Assembly (NCBI GenBank): GCA_038087875.1
Contig: CM075992.1
Coordinates: 622,001 to 686,000 of the forward strand
Source: Malacoraja senta
Lineage: Eukaryota
Reading direction: 5' to 3'
DNA: 64,000 nt
The position numbers and the translations under genes were made by a program. The stretch's first letter is position 1. Each line of letters opens with the position of its first letter. Positions 14,249 to 27,037 of this stretch are shown here, one piece after another. The notes under the pieces were generated by a model. That model searched no databases and had not been told where the DNA came from. It saw only the letters and a program-made list of their open reading frames with translations.

Positions 14249-15505
14249 GATCATTCCAGGATTGTGATCTGAGTACCGAGCTCCAGCCAATTTAACTTCT
14301 ATCAGCTGCACATGGTGGTTATTTTTTTAAAGAAGGGTAGGAAATAATTTTCAAAAGGATGAACTAAAAATGAATGAATTGTGCATTTTAGAAAGCAAAG
14401 TTAGTATATGTGATAGAGATTTAGAAAATGTAAAATTAAGTCCCTAGCATGGGGACTTGTGTGATTTAACCTGCCATTTATCTGCTGACTCGTGTATTTA
14501 CTGGTAGACTCTTCAGGATAAGAGTTCATTAGTGACAAATAACTGCTTGAGATAAACTGTCTTATTGACTGCCAGTCTGCAATTATCTCCCTCCACAAGT
14601 CTTTTCCGGAAGACTGGTTGTCCTCCTATAATTAGAATTTTAATCTTATTCCTTTTTAAATAATTTAGTGAGCATTTGGTGCTAACTTTACAGAGCATTT
14701 AAATTTTAATGTGAACATTATTTGATTCGACTCCTGTTAAATTGGTTTCAATTTATATTTGCGATTATTGAAGCCTTCATCATAGACAAATGAAATTGTT
14801 TCAGTAGAACGGACATTTGACATTTTTATTTTCAGTTCTCAGGCTTGCATGACAGTTCAAAGGTGAAAATACCACCCTAAAGATGCTGAATGTGAACACA
14901 CACTGCACCTTGGTTACTCGCTAACTTGCCTGGATAGGGTGAGATTCCTGAGGTAGGTTTGAATGAAGCGTGGTCTTTGCGTTTAGTATTTTGGGTACAA
15001 AGATGCCAGAAAGAAATGAGATTTAATTGGATTTCCTGGATAAAGAAAGAAATGAATGTAGAACAAAATGCTTTGGAAGTCAGGTGTGACTATCTGCATA
15101 ATTAAAGCCATTTTCTCTGGACCCAGACCAACAGCCCCTATCCAATATCTCTTCCTAGTAACGTTTTAACTTCTTGGTCACCTCCTTCCAACTCTAGTCC
15201 TCTCATTGTAACCTCTTTATTAATCAAGTTATTCATCTTGCAGAACATGTTGTCCTTTGTTTTTCAGAGCTGGAGCTTTTGTCCCATCGTCTGTGCACCC
15301 ACCTAGCTCTCTTCTATTGCATCCATTAATCTTGTCTCCTCTGAACTTTATTCTTGATATGTGCGGATTCAACCAGTTTCGTACCCAGTTGAACTATTGC
15401 CATCCCTTTGCTGAGTTTTTGCTGCTAACTTCCTTGTTCTATTCGGAGTCCTTCATCCTTACTTGTAAGCCTTGCAGTTCATTGGTAGCCCTGCTCTCGG
15501 TTTTA

Positions 15506-15722
15506 TTTAGTTTAGAGATATGGCATCGAACCAGGTCCTTCGGCCCACCAAGTCCACGCCGACCATCGAGTTCTGTGTTATCCACATTCTCATCCACTCC
15601 CTACACATTATGGACAATTTACATAGGCCAATTAACCTACAAACCCACACGCCTTTAGGATGTGGGAGGAAACGAGCACGGAGGACACACAAGTGGTCAC
15701 TGCGGGAGCTTGCAAACTCCAC
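15506..15722 (-). mobile_element. V-SINE fragment
   Basis: tttagtttagagata tail and V-domain on the minus strand. Confidence 0.7.
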
Positions 15723-15954
15723 CGTGCTACTTTTATTATAAGCATTGCATTTCCTTTGGTATCCCTGATTTTATGTACAACCCTCGAATATTGTTATGGG
15801 GCACATACTTCATTCTATTTCTTTGCCAATCCTGAGGTTTTTGCCTATTTAATGATAACAAAACCTGTGTAGATTCCAGCAGTTACCAACGTGAGTCTTG
15901 TATTGTTTAGCTTGTGCATTTCCTTCTTTATGTCTGATCCAATAACAATCTTTC

Positions 15955-16240
15955 CCAGGGTTGGGGATCAAGAATTAGGTTTACGGTAATGGGGAAAGAT
16001 TGAATAGGAAACTAAGGGGCAACTTTTTCACACAGAGAATGGTGGCTCTGATGAACAAGCTGTCAGAGGAAGTAATTAAGGCAGGTACAATAACAACATT
16101 TAAAAGACATTTGGACAGATACATGGATAAGAAAATGTTAGACTAATGTGGGCAAATGGGAGTAGCGTAGATGGGACATCTTGTATGGCATGGCCGAGTT
16201 GGGCTGAAGGGCCTGTTTCTATGCTGCATGACTGACTCTA
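15955..16240 (+). mobile_element. CR1/HER1-type LINE 3' end
   Basis: ttttcacacagagaatggtg (FFTQR), 3' stem-loop gggctgaagggcctgttt, gact tail. Confidence 0.75.
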
Positions 16241-17340
16241 AGATTACTTAGTTTACTTGAAGCATCAGCTGCATCTGGTCCATTTTTTAAAAGCCCACCC
16301 TGCAGAAATATTATTGTTCACCTTAAATCTCAACTCAAGAATGCTGCCCTTGTTCGATCTCCACCTTGAGAAATTGAATCTTTCAATATGACATGTATTC
16401 TGACCCTGAGAAAATACTATACTCCAGGATGTTCTCTTGCCAGTGCCCCATATAACAGAAGCACCACTTCTTACTTTGGTTTTCAACTACCCACCAAAAG
16501 ACGATACTAGTTGTTAGCATTCCTAATTCCTTGTGTACTATCCTTCTGTAAATCATGCACCAGGACTCCCAGCTCTCATCATCATGGACATCTCGAATCT
16601 TTTACCTGGTTACCTGGATTTACTTTCCTGGTAAAATAGGCAATTTCATATTTCCCATATTATACGCTGTTTACTAGATTTTTGCCTACACACTTAATAT
16701 CTCTTTGTAATCTCCGCATCCGCCCACATATTTGCCTGCAGCCCACCTCGCTTCTGTGCCCATCAACTCCACCCTGATGTTCCTGCCACCCACCTCCACA
16801 AGGTTTAATTCACAGTCGTCAATTAACCCACCAGTATGTCTTTGAGTTGTGGGACGACACCACAGAACGTGGGAGAAATCCACGGTCACAGAGAAAACAT
16901 GCAAACTGTACATATAGTGTCAAATCTCAGGATAGGACACTATGTACAGCTCTCATCATCATGGACATCTCATCTCTAATCTCTCGTATGGGTGGCTGGA
17001 GCTGTGAAAACAGCAATGCTAACTGCTGTGCCACATAATAAATGAACAGACTATTTAAACTCTTTTAATGCAGAATTACAATTCTCACCTTTACTTAACT
17101 GCAGGAGGTTGATTATTAGACTGATATATATTCACTTTCTACTTGTATATTCACATATATATATATATTCACATTTCTAAATGTGAGATGATTATACACT
17201 AGCACCAACTGCTTATGGATAATTGCAGAAAATAGCCTCTTCCAGAATTCCATGGTGGAATTTAGTGAACATAATTGTGATATTTTATTCAAAATTGATA
17301 GTTGAAAACTGGCCATTCCCCTTGAAGTCCATGATGGGAG

Positions 17341-17820
17341 CTAGACAAAAAGCTGGAGTAACTCAGCGGGACAGGCAGCATCTCTGGAGAGAAGGAATGG
17401 GTGATGTTTCGGGTCGAGACCCTTCTTCAGACCCAAACCGAAACATCACCCATTCCTTCTCTCCTGAGTTACTCCAGCTTTTTGCGCCTATCATTGGTTT
17501 AAACCAGCATCTGCAGTTCCTTCTTATTCAAATAAGCTGTGTTCAGTTTGTCTGCATTCATCACTGCTTTAGGGTGCCTACAATGCCAAAACTATATTTC
17601 ATTTGTAATGTAATAAAAAAGAACTGCAGATGCTGGTTTACACCAAAGATAGACACAAAATGCTGGAGTCACTCAGCGGGTCAGGCAGCATCAATAGAGA
17701 AAATGGTTAGGTGACGTTTAGGGTGGGGACCCTTCTTCAGACTGAAGTGGGGTCCCGATCTGAAACATCACAAATCCATTTTCTCCAGAGATGCTGCCTG
17801 ATCCGTTGAGTTACTTCAGT
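17341..17820. mobile_element. two adjacent PLE fold-back elements
   Basis: arms at 17341-17527 and 17618-17820; minus-strand hammerhead core at 17403-17430. Confidence 0.75.
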
Positions 17821-18641
17821 TGTAATGTGGCTGAGTTGTGGCATCTAGAATCCATCTACTTGTTCCATTCCACAATTGTTAATTCTCTTGCCCAGCAACA
17901 ATCTGTCACTCAGTTCTCAAAATAGGAGGATTACTATTGAAAATTGAGGTGGGAAGAAATTTGTTCACCAGAGGGTGGTGAATCTTTGGAATTCTCTACC
18001 CAATAGTGATGTAGAGGCTCTGTTACTAAATGTATTCAAGATGTGAAACACATCGACAACAAAGACTGTCACAAATATAAAGGCTGCAGGAATAGTGGGG
18101 CCTGAGTGTATATGTACATGATTCCAAGAAAAGGGAAGAGCATTTTGTGAGTAGTTAATAAAGCGTATGGTATCCTGAGATTAAAAAATAGCAACATAAA
18201 GACAAAAGTCAGGAAGTGACATTGAATCTTGATAAAACATGGGACTACTGTGATCAATTCTGCTCTGGTGTGAAGAGCCAAGGGAGGAAAAGAGATTTAG
18301 AGGGATTTTAAAAAGGACGAGTTGCATTATTTTATGGTATTTTTAAGATCCTTTGGAGTATCGAAGCGCTTTACGGTCAATGATGTACTTTGAAGAGTAA
18401 AGAATGCAAGCTTTCAGAAACAGTAACGTGAAAATGACCAGATAATTGGATTTTTTTTTAAAACTGAAGAGCTGGCACAGACATGGGCGTCTTCCCTGAT
18501 CACCTTGGATTTAGTGACGTCTAAAACACTTTGTAGAACCTTGTCTGTGTGCACTAGAGTGTCGATCTTTATTGTTTCCCTTGAATCCTTGACTTTCTTA
18601 TATCGAGTGTGCTATATCGAGCTAGTAATACTGTTACCAAG

Positions 18642-18692
18642 TTGCTCATGAAGTTCCTTTCAAATTGCTCATGAAGTTCCTTTCAAATTGCT
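18642..18692. repeat. 23-bp tandem duplication
   Basis: ttgctcatgaagttcctttcaaa x2.2. Confidence 0.9.
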
Positions 18693-20241
18693 GCTGGAGT
18701 TTGTGCTTGGGTACAGCTTGCTAATGGGAAGCAGAGGCAGCAAACAGGTCCTTGACCTGCCACCATTCAGCTACACAAATTCTAACCATGCCAAATATAG
18801 AATTACAAACTAGACAAGAGACATTAAAACATACATTAAAAATATACTTAAAATAATAAAAATAGAGAAGGGACGGGACAGGCTGCTAGCGAGGCGGCCA
18901 TGTTTCAGGCACTTCCAAGTCTTTCTACTGTGTTTCTCAATGAAGTACTATTTACTGTGTATTCTTTTGTCTTGTTTACTTTCCAAAAGGCATTATCAAA
19001 CACTTCTCTGATTGAATTCTATCGTTACTGTCCCTTCTATTGTCATCCCACAATCTAAAGCTTTCTTCCAAATGCCTTTTTTTGTATCATCTGCAAACTT
19101 TTTAACCTTGCATTGACATATCACAAAAATCTCACTTCAATCTGTCTTTCAGTCACTAAAACACATCTTGACCAATACATTTGCAGCCTCCCAACTAGTC
19201 ATGATTTAATAGATCACACATTTAGCTTAACGAACAATCTGCCATTTGGGTTTATAAAGATCTTGATGCAATGTACAGTCAGCACACTATCATTACGATT
19301 TTTGCCTTTATTGCCAAAGAAATAAGCAATTCCGTTTATTCAAAAATGGCATGCTTTAATAAACCTAGCTGATTTGTGCCTTTTCTAAATAGCAGTTATA
19401 TGGCCCTTGGAATAGTTTCCAGTACTTGACTCACTGCCAGTGGTTAGGCTGGCTGCCCACCCACTGATTACTCATTCTATCCCCTTTCTCCTTTGTTAAA
19501 CAAAGATTTTACATGAACTGTTTTGTAGACTTTTGGCAATGTTCCTGTTGCTAGTGAGGATTGGAATATAATGGTCAGATTTCCTTTTTTTTTCCCTATG
19601 CTGCTCTAAATAACTCTCTAAATTTTACTCTCAGGCCAGACTATTTACTTGCTTTCAAATACTATATTCTTCCTTTGATCTTGTCATTCCATTCTATATC
19701 TCCTTTTGAATTACACTTTGCATTGCCATCTCTTTTGTAAATTCATTAAAAAACACGCTTTGTTTTCCTTCCACATTTAGGACATCTGAAAGATATAAAG
19801 GCAGTATTTCAAAGATGAACAGAGTAAAAGTAGTTTCACTATCAAGTGTATGACCATATTGCAAATTGGGTATAATGCGATTAAGGAATACTATTTGTAT
19901 TACGTGGACCGAATTAATTATAATGTGATTTCAATCGGGAATAAGAAAACCACTTGAGTTGCTGTGGAAATTGACAAGCAGTAAAAAAACTCTTGGGGGG
20001 AACCTCTTCCCATGTAATCGTGCGCTACTATCCCATCAGTACATAGTCTGGTAGTTTTGTTATTGAAGTTGACAAGCAATTACTTTGTTTGACACTTACG
20101 CAATGATAATCTAAACAATGTAATATAAAGCCTTTAGTATATTTAGTTAAAGACCTTTATCTTTGTAAAACCCGCGGGAGAAAAAAAAACGTACTTTTGC
20201 AAATCAGAGACTCTAACCCTTAGATGGACACAAAATTTAAT

Positions 20242-21842
20242 ATTTCCTATTAAATATTTGGATAAACAAGAGACAAAATAATAACTAGTAATCTGTTATC
20301 AGAACCACCAGACCTTTGATGTCTGCAGGCCAGATTGAAAGGTTTCATGATTTAATTTATGGTGTTCAATTGGGAAGGGGGAAAGAGTGTTGGGCAGCGA
20401 GAGAGAATATGGTCAAGTGTGAACCTTACGCAGCTAGATTGGCAGATGTTTATATAATAAGCAAAATTCCCAAATTCTACCCACCAAGGACCAACACTAT
20501 TACTTTCGTACTACCCCCCCCCCCCTACTCAGAACATATCATGTTATCATCTCACAAACTAAAGTGGCTTCGCACTCACAAAATTCTATGACGCTAGTGT
20601 AACAACTCTACTATCGTGATGACAGTGTTGCATTTATCTATCCCAAAAGATTTAATTTAAAAAGTACTGATAAAATGACTCGTAAATTCATAAATGATAG
20701 GAGCAGAATTAGGCCATTCGCACCATCAATTTTACACCGCCATTCAATCATGCCTGTTCTATCTTTCCCTCCTAACCCCATTCTCCTGCCGTCGTCCCAT
20801 AACCTCTGACACCCGTACTAATCAAGAATCTATGCCTGCCTTAAAAACATCCATTGACATCTCCACAGCCTTCTGTGGCAATGAATTCCACAGATTCACC
20901 ATCCTCTGACTAAAGAAATTCATCCTCATCTCCTTCCTAAAGGAACGTCCTTTAATTTTGAGGCTATTACCTCTGGCCCTAGACTCTCCCACTTGTGGAA
21001 ACATCCTCTCCACATCCACTCTATCCAGGCCTTTCACTTTTTTTTCTTTTGTAGTGAAGACAATGACATAACAAATTCCTGCAGCATAATTTCATCATCC
21101 ATCAGAAATGAAGGAAATCATTTAAAATGTCCCCATTTCAGGGACTTTGCAATATATTCTGACTCACTCCACACGGCTGGATTTGCATTTTATATTGTAG
21201 ATGAGGATCATAATTTGAAACACTTTTTTGAAGGCAACAAGCTGGAACCTGAAGCTTCTCACATATCCAATTAATAGAAGCTGAAGAGCAGCTTTATTGA
21301 AGTGTGATGTACGGAGAATACTGTACCTGTGATACGAATTGTGAAACGCAAGGAAATGATGAGTATGAGTCACTGTTGCAATGTCAGAAGTAATCTACAC
21401 TTGTCATGCTTCCTCCAGCACCGAAGTGATAATGACCAGATAATGTATGCTATACAAGGACAATTATTGGACAGAATAATTGCATTTAATTCTGCTATAA
21501 TGCAATAATTCCATTCGTATGAAACCGCATGTTGTAGACAATAGTGTTATAAAAGATGTCAATGGGGGAAAGGGGGTTAGGGGTTAGCTTTCAGTCTGAA
21601 GAAGGGTCTCAACCTGAAGCGTCACCCATTCCTTCTCCCCAGAGATGCTTCCGCTTTAGGTTCACAATTGACCATATTCTCTCTCCCTGCCCAACACTCT
21701 TTCCCGCTTCCCAAATGAACACCATAAATTAAATCATGAAACCTTTCAATCTGGCCTGCAGACATCAAAGGTCTGGTGGTTCTGATAACAGATGACTAGT
21801 TATTATTTTGTCTCTTGTTTATCCAAATATTTAATAGGAAAT
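20242..21842. repeat. 185-bp inverted repeat (20242-20426 and 21658-21842) with ~1.2-kb spacer
   Basis: manual reverse-complement alignment, 5 mismatches seen. Confidence 0.9.
20685..21036 (-). mobile_element. CR1-clade LINE 3' end
   Basis: ORF 20822-21037 GLDRVDVERMFP...NFFSQRMVNLWNSLP. Confidence 0.8.
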
Positions 21843-24390
21843 GGACATTAATCCCCATTTCCTACAAATACTTGAAAAGACAAGACAAAATATTAACTGG
21901 TAACCTCCAATCAGACATTGCCGACGAGCATTTGATGTCGTCCTCTATCTGTCCTTAGAAGCTAGTCAATGTCATACAGCAGCAAAACAGGCCCTTTGTC
22001 CCGATGTGTCTACAATAACCATCCAGTGAGTTACACAGATCCTACTTTCATCTCATTTTATTCACCCCACATTTCCATTAACTCCCTTAGATTCTACCAT
22101 GTGTTTGGGGTGCAAAGATAATCTGGAAGACCCAGAGGAAATGCACTGGGACAAGTGCAAAGTCCGTACCGAGATCAGGATTGAAACTACTTCACTGGAG
22201 TTACGAGGCAGCTTGACCCTGGTAGTACCACGTGGTTATGTGTAGGGAATTCTGCGATTTGGATCCAGTGATGAAGGAGGAGGGATAGATAAAGGCTTGC
22301 TTATTAACCCTCCTTTGAAATTTGACATCAGGAGCTCTGATTGTATGGCTGTAGCCACCAGTCCACTGTTTGCCGTGGAAGCTTGGTATATTATGCTTTA
22401 TTACTCTAATAATTGACTCACATTGTAATTATTGAAGTCCATTCTAAAGCTCAAAGCAGTTGTTTCTCTAGCAGCTGTCTGATGAATACAGTGAACATTG
22501 CAAGCACAATCTGGCAAAAAGGATTTAACCGGAGTCTGCAAATAACATCCCTGCAACTGGAATAAAGTGGTTAATGGAGAACGTTTGTTCTCGGTTTATA
22601 TAAATAGACCAGATCACATCAATATTCTATTATGTTGGAGCTGAACCTATGCTTAGAGTCAACGTGCAAAGAAAAGCCACCAATTTATTCTATGAAATAT
22701 GTACGCTAAAGTGCACTGGTGTCCAAACTAGGTTCAATTTGCACTTGTTTTATGTATGAAATGGTATACCCCACTTGATGGGAGAGTGGAAATAGTTTAA
22801 GATGAGCGAAAAAATAGAGTAGAGAGATAACCTGAAAATGACGCTGGCTTTCCTGGTCCAAAAATTCAATGTCATTTGTTAATTGGTCTTCAGAGAGCTG
22901 CACTCTGTGGTTTCAATTGAATAGTTTATCTTTGCTGTGATTGGATTCTAGATGGATCTGACTATGCTAATGTACGATTCACAAAGTAAGGTGCAGCAAA
23001 TAACTGGGAAAGTTAACAGAATGCAAGCTTTTATTTTGCTAAGAGAGTTGAATCAAGGTTGCACTCCACTTATGTTAGAACATTAATGCGAGAGACTGTA
23101 TCAAAATGGTGGCTCGTTATTTACAGATAGATGTAAATGCACTGAAGGCTCTTCAGCGAAAACTCGTACCCTGTTACCAGGGCTGGACAGATTGTCTTAT
23201 GATGGTTGGGTAGACTCCATCACACAAACCAGCTTCCTCCCCTCACTTTCCTTCCCCCTCCACCCCCCTATCCATTGATCCCATCTACACCCTGCTGCCT
23301 TGGGAAAGTAGCCAACATCATGGATAGCCATCTGCTTATCAACTATCTATTTACCTCAGCCTTTATTGAAACATTCTGCTATCAGCGCCTTCCGAGGCTT
23401 CGAAAAAAAAAGGTCCATCTCTGCTTTAAAAGAGCAACACCATTTAAATAGTGATGGCCATCTTCATTTACAAGACCCAGCATCCTCTCTCTACATCCAC
23501 TCTGTCTATACTTCTTGGAATGTAGTGATAGTGAGAGCATTAAATTATAAGAAGACATTAATAAATTGAACGAAAGAGCAAAATTATGGCAAAATGGATT
23601 TCAGTCTAGGTAAATTTAAGAATCTCCACTTTAGACCTAAAAGGGTTCTTTCTAAATCATGTCCAAAAAGACGTAGGTATCAATGTAAATTAACCATTAG
23701 AACAGCAGGTACCAGTGCAGAATATCAAAGGCCAGTGGAAATCTGAACAATATCTACAGGTCTAGACTACTTGCATAACCCTTAATAGACCACACCTGGA
23801 GGACTCCTAGAGTCTGCAGGCACTGCAGTTTTAGAAAGGATGTATGGCCTATGCAGATGGGTGATATATAAATAGCTCTCCCTGACATTCAGAAAGCTGA
23901 ATAGTGATTTGATTGGGGGGATCAAGGCTGGTTGAGAGAGTAAATGAAGTGAACCTTTTGAAAGTGAGTTGTGAAGAAGGCTCTCATCCCTAAACATTCT
24001 TTCTGCAGATGCAACCTGCCCCACACAGTTACTACAGCACTTTGTGTTTTACTTTTCAAAATGAAGTTAGCAAACAGTCTGGCAAGCAAAACATGGGAGA
24101 AATTGGGAACTCATCCACAAACGTATGATTGGTAACATTTTGTTGACAAGGTATTAAGAGAATCGTGCATAAGAAAGATGTGTACTGCATCTCGACAAAA
24201 ATCGGGGCATCAACTGATTGCTGTTTGTGGCCATTTGTGCAGCTAATTCAGAATTCTGGCCCACAACAGGGTTAGCAATGTGGACAAGTGAATCACTTCA
24301 AGAGAATGCTGAACGTTGCACTCTGCCCCCGTCACCCACCCCCATGCTTGCATCACATTGAAGGGAGCGGAACTCAGGGTAGACAATTAC

Positions 24391-24638
24391 ATGTGTAGGA
24401 AGGAACTGCAGATGCTGGTTTAAATCGAAGATGGACACAAAATGCTGCAGTAACTCAGCGGGACAGGCAGCATCTCTGGAGAGAAGGAATGGGTGCCGTT
24501 TCGGGTCGTCTGAAGAAGGGTTTCGACCCGAAACGTCACCCATTCCTTCGCTCCATAGATGCTGCCTCACCTGCTCAGTTTCTCCAGCTTTTTGTCTACC
24601 TTCGATTTTTTCCAGCATCTGCAGTTCTTTCTTAAGCA
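24391..24638. mobile_element. PLE fold-back element with intact + strand hammerhead core (24510-24537)
   Basis: CTGAAGA-A-GGGT-TTCG-ACCC-GAAAC-GTC. Confidence 0.8.
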
Positions 24639-25077
24639 ATAATTTCTTGAAATCACTTAAAACATCTCACTTTGTCTTGGAGAATTCTTTGGTTCTTTTC
24701 AGTGGAGCAAAAACCCTCGGAGTGAAAAACAAGAGGAGGTGCTGTGTGCTGATTGTTAGAGGAAGTGGATCTTGAAGCATGTGAAGAGGAACCACTTTCA
24801 TCTTTGTTAAGCAAAGCCTCACAGTTTCATTTAATTTCAGGGTAACCGTTAATTTCTCTGGTGTTGAAGTTAAATAAAAGTGTGAGGGTCGTATTGAGCC
24901 TAATCTGATTTATCAAAAACGGAGAAAAGATGATCAATCTTGCGATCGTTTACACTATTTCTTCCCATGAGTCATAGTTGAAACTTTTTTTAAAATACAA
25001 GATTTAATCTATTTAATGTGTTCTTCCTCTTTGACTCTTTGCCAATGTTCTGTGTTTTGTTCCATCATTCATTGCAG

Positions 25078-25176
25078 ACGGTGGAATCAATCTGCTTCTA
25101 GGTTTCTCGGGGTTCTGCCAGAATCACTTCATAGCCAAAGTGAAGCAAGCAAGAAAGATTATTCAGATTGTGGGAG
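25078..25176 (+). other. candidate non-coding 5'UTR exon of EVI5L
   Basis: ~55-nt pyrimidine-rich tract ending ttgcag|, 99 nt, then a weak donor gag|gtggtt; repeat-free context; no transcript evidence. Confidence 0.3.
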
Positions 25177-25902
25177 GTGGTTGGTCCTCTCTTTATTTTT
25201 CTTCAATTCCCTGACACCAATTAGATGTAACTCTGCCTTCTGATAACTCAGTATTCTGATCTCTGATAATATGACAGTCGTCGTTGTATGAAATAGTATA
25301 ATAGATTCTGTGGAGTGCAAGAATGCACTTTATATATAATTTGGCAGCAAACAATTGAATAACTGTCAAGCATTATGGTCAGCTACACAGAACCAAACAT
25401 CTTCAATTGACCATTAACTAAAATTAGTCTTGTAACAGTGTAAATCATATTAGGTAATCATATTAGTGATATCCTGCTGTGTTGCATTAATTTAGGTTTT
25501 TCGACATTGTGAGCTATTAATTGTTCATGTGCCCAAAGAAAATACTGTTCCGCTATAAAGTTTTATCCTTCTTCAAATGAGCATATCCGTTTTTAAAAAG
25601 GCCTTGAATGATCTGTGTGATTATCCACGACTTTTTTCTTTTATGTTATGCAAGATGGAAAGGTAGCAGCAGAGTTTAATTGCTGGAACTGGAAGTGAAA
25701 GCGTTTCATTGTGAAAGCTTCTTTAAGAAAGGAAGTAGTCCCTTTCATTAGGGTTGAAGCCATGTTAATAATCAACATAGTCAGAAATCAGTAGCTACAA
25801 GATGCTTCAGAAAATAGGGGCAATATGTTTGAGGTGGTTGGTGCTTCACTTACACGAAGGCAAATGTCCAGTGATTCATTAATGTAGAACACCTGGAATA
25901 AA

Positions 25903-25997
25903 GTCTGAAGAAGGGTCTCGACCCGAAACGTTACCCATTCCTTCTCTCCAGAGATGCTGCATGTCCCGCTGAGTGACTCCAGCATTTTGTGTAAATT
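25903..25997 (+). mobile_element. single-arm PLE repeat with hammerhead core (25905-25933) and 11-bp TSD
   Basis: tggaataaagt at 25894 and 25998. Confidence 0.8.
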
Positions 25998-26071
25998 TGG
26001 AATAAAGTTTGACGTAAGAATACACCCACCTGCCCCATTCTTCCCACCACCTTAAAAAAGTCCTAAGCTGA

Positions 26072-26168
26072 ACCAGAGTTTTGCTGAGCCGAGGTAACGC
26101 CCTTCCTTACCAGAGTTTTGCTGAGCCAAGGTAACGCCCTTCCTTACCAGAGTTTTGCTGAGCCAAGG
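26072..26168. repeat. 37-bp minisatellite, 2.6 copies
   Basis: accagagttttgctgagccRaggtaacgcccttcctt at 26072, 26109 and 26146. Confidence 0.95.
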
Positions 26169-26228
26169 AGACCTTTCTAGCTATCCACGTGCACTAAAAA
26201 GTCGAGGTGGAGCTTGAATCGCCAGAAG

Positions 26229-26327
26229 AAGATAGACACAAAATGCTGGAGTAAACTCAGCGGGACAGGCAGCATCTCTTGAGAGAAGGAATAGATGACG
26301 TTTCGGGTCGAGACCCTTCTTCAGACT
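26229..26327 (-). mobile_element. single-arm PLE repeat with hammerhead core (26297-26324) and 10-bp TSD
   Basis: ccagaagaag at 26222 and 26328. Confidence 0.8.
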
Positions 26328-26507
26328 CCAGAAGAAGCTGTTTACAAATGCCAAAGATGAACAGGCATTTGGGAAAAGTTGCAGGTTTGGCGATTGATGT
26401 GTATGATTAAAGTAAAAGTTTTGGATTCCAAGATTGCTGGCAGTGGTATATAAATGTTGATCCTTTCTCTTATTCTTGTCTGGTCTATTCAAGCAATGTC
26501 TCATGAT

Positions 26508-26791
26508 AAACCGAAGATAGACACAAAAAGCTGGAGTAACTCAGCGGGTCAGACAGCATCTCTAGAGAAAAGGAATGGGTGACGTTTCGGGTCGAGACCC
26601 TTCTTCAAACCCGGGGTCAGGGGAATGTGAAACGAGAGGTATAGAGGTGATGTAGAGAGATATAGAACAAATAAATGAAAGATATGCAAAATAGTAATGA
26701 TGATAAAAGAAACAGGCCATTGTTAGCTGTTTGTTAGGTGAGAACGAGTACAGACTAATGAGACTCAACAAGACGAGTTTGAAGCTGGTAC
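26508..26791 (-). mobile_element. longer PLE 3' fragment
   Basis: family arm plus a purine-rich extension; gataaac at 26505 and 26792. Confidence 0.7.
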
Positions 26792-26942
26792 GATAAACTG
26801 GCTGATCCCAGTGCATGCTTTCACTAATTGGTTGTCACCATTGTATTCCACTCTTTCAGCTCCAGATAATATAAATCTCGCTGCCATTCAGCTCTTGACC
26901 TTCTGATGGATGAAGACCCTAACGCTGCAAAGCCTTGTTCCC

Positions 26943-27037
26943 ATGGCAAGTCCTGCGGTCAGCCCCGATTCTTCCTCTTCTGATAACCTCAGTCCAGATG
27001 AATTGGAACTACTGGCAAAGCTCGAAGAGCAAAACAG
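26943..27037 (+). CDS. EVI5L: EVI5L first coding exon, coding part (MASPAVSPDSSSSDNLSPDELELLAKLEEQN-R). Exon probably starts at 26860.
   Basis: cccATGG start; donor AG|GTGAG at 27038; acceptor ctctttcag ending 26859 with a cactaat branch-like motif at 26822. Confidence 0.9.

Noticed and set aside
13216..14907. 18-bp match atgtgaacacacactgca at 13216 and 14890
   Set aside because: Short and partly (CA)n, so chance cannot be excluded
26072..26168. 37-bp repeats as a CRISPR array
   Set aside because: Head-to-tail with no unique spacers; vertebrate context; no cas genes
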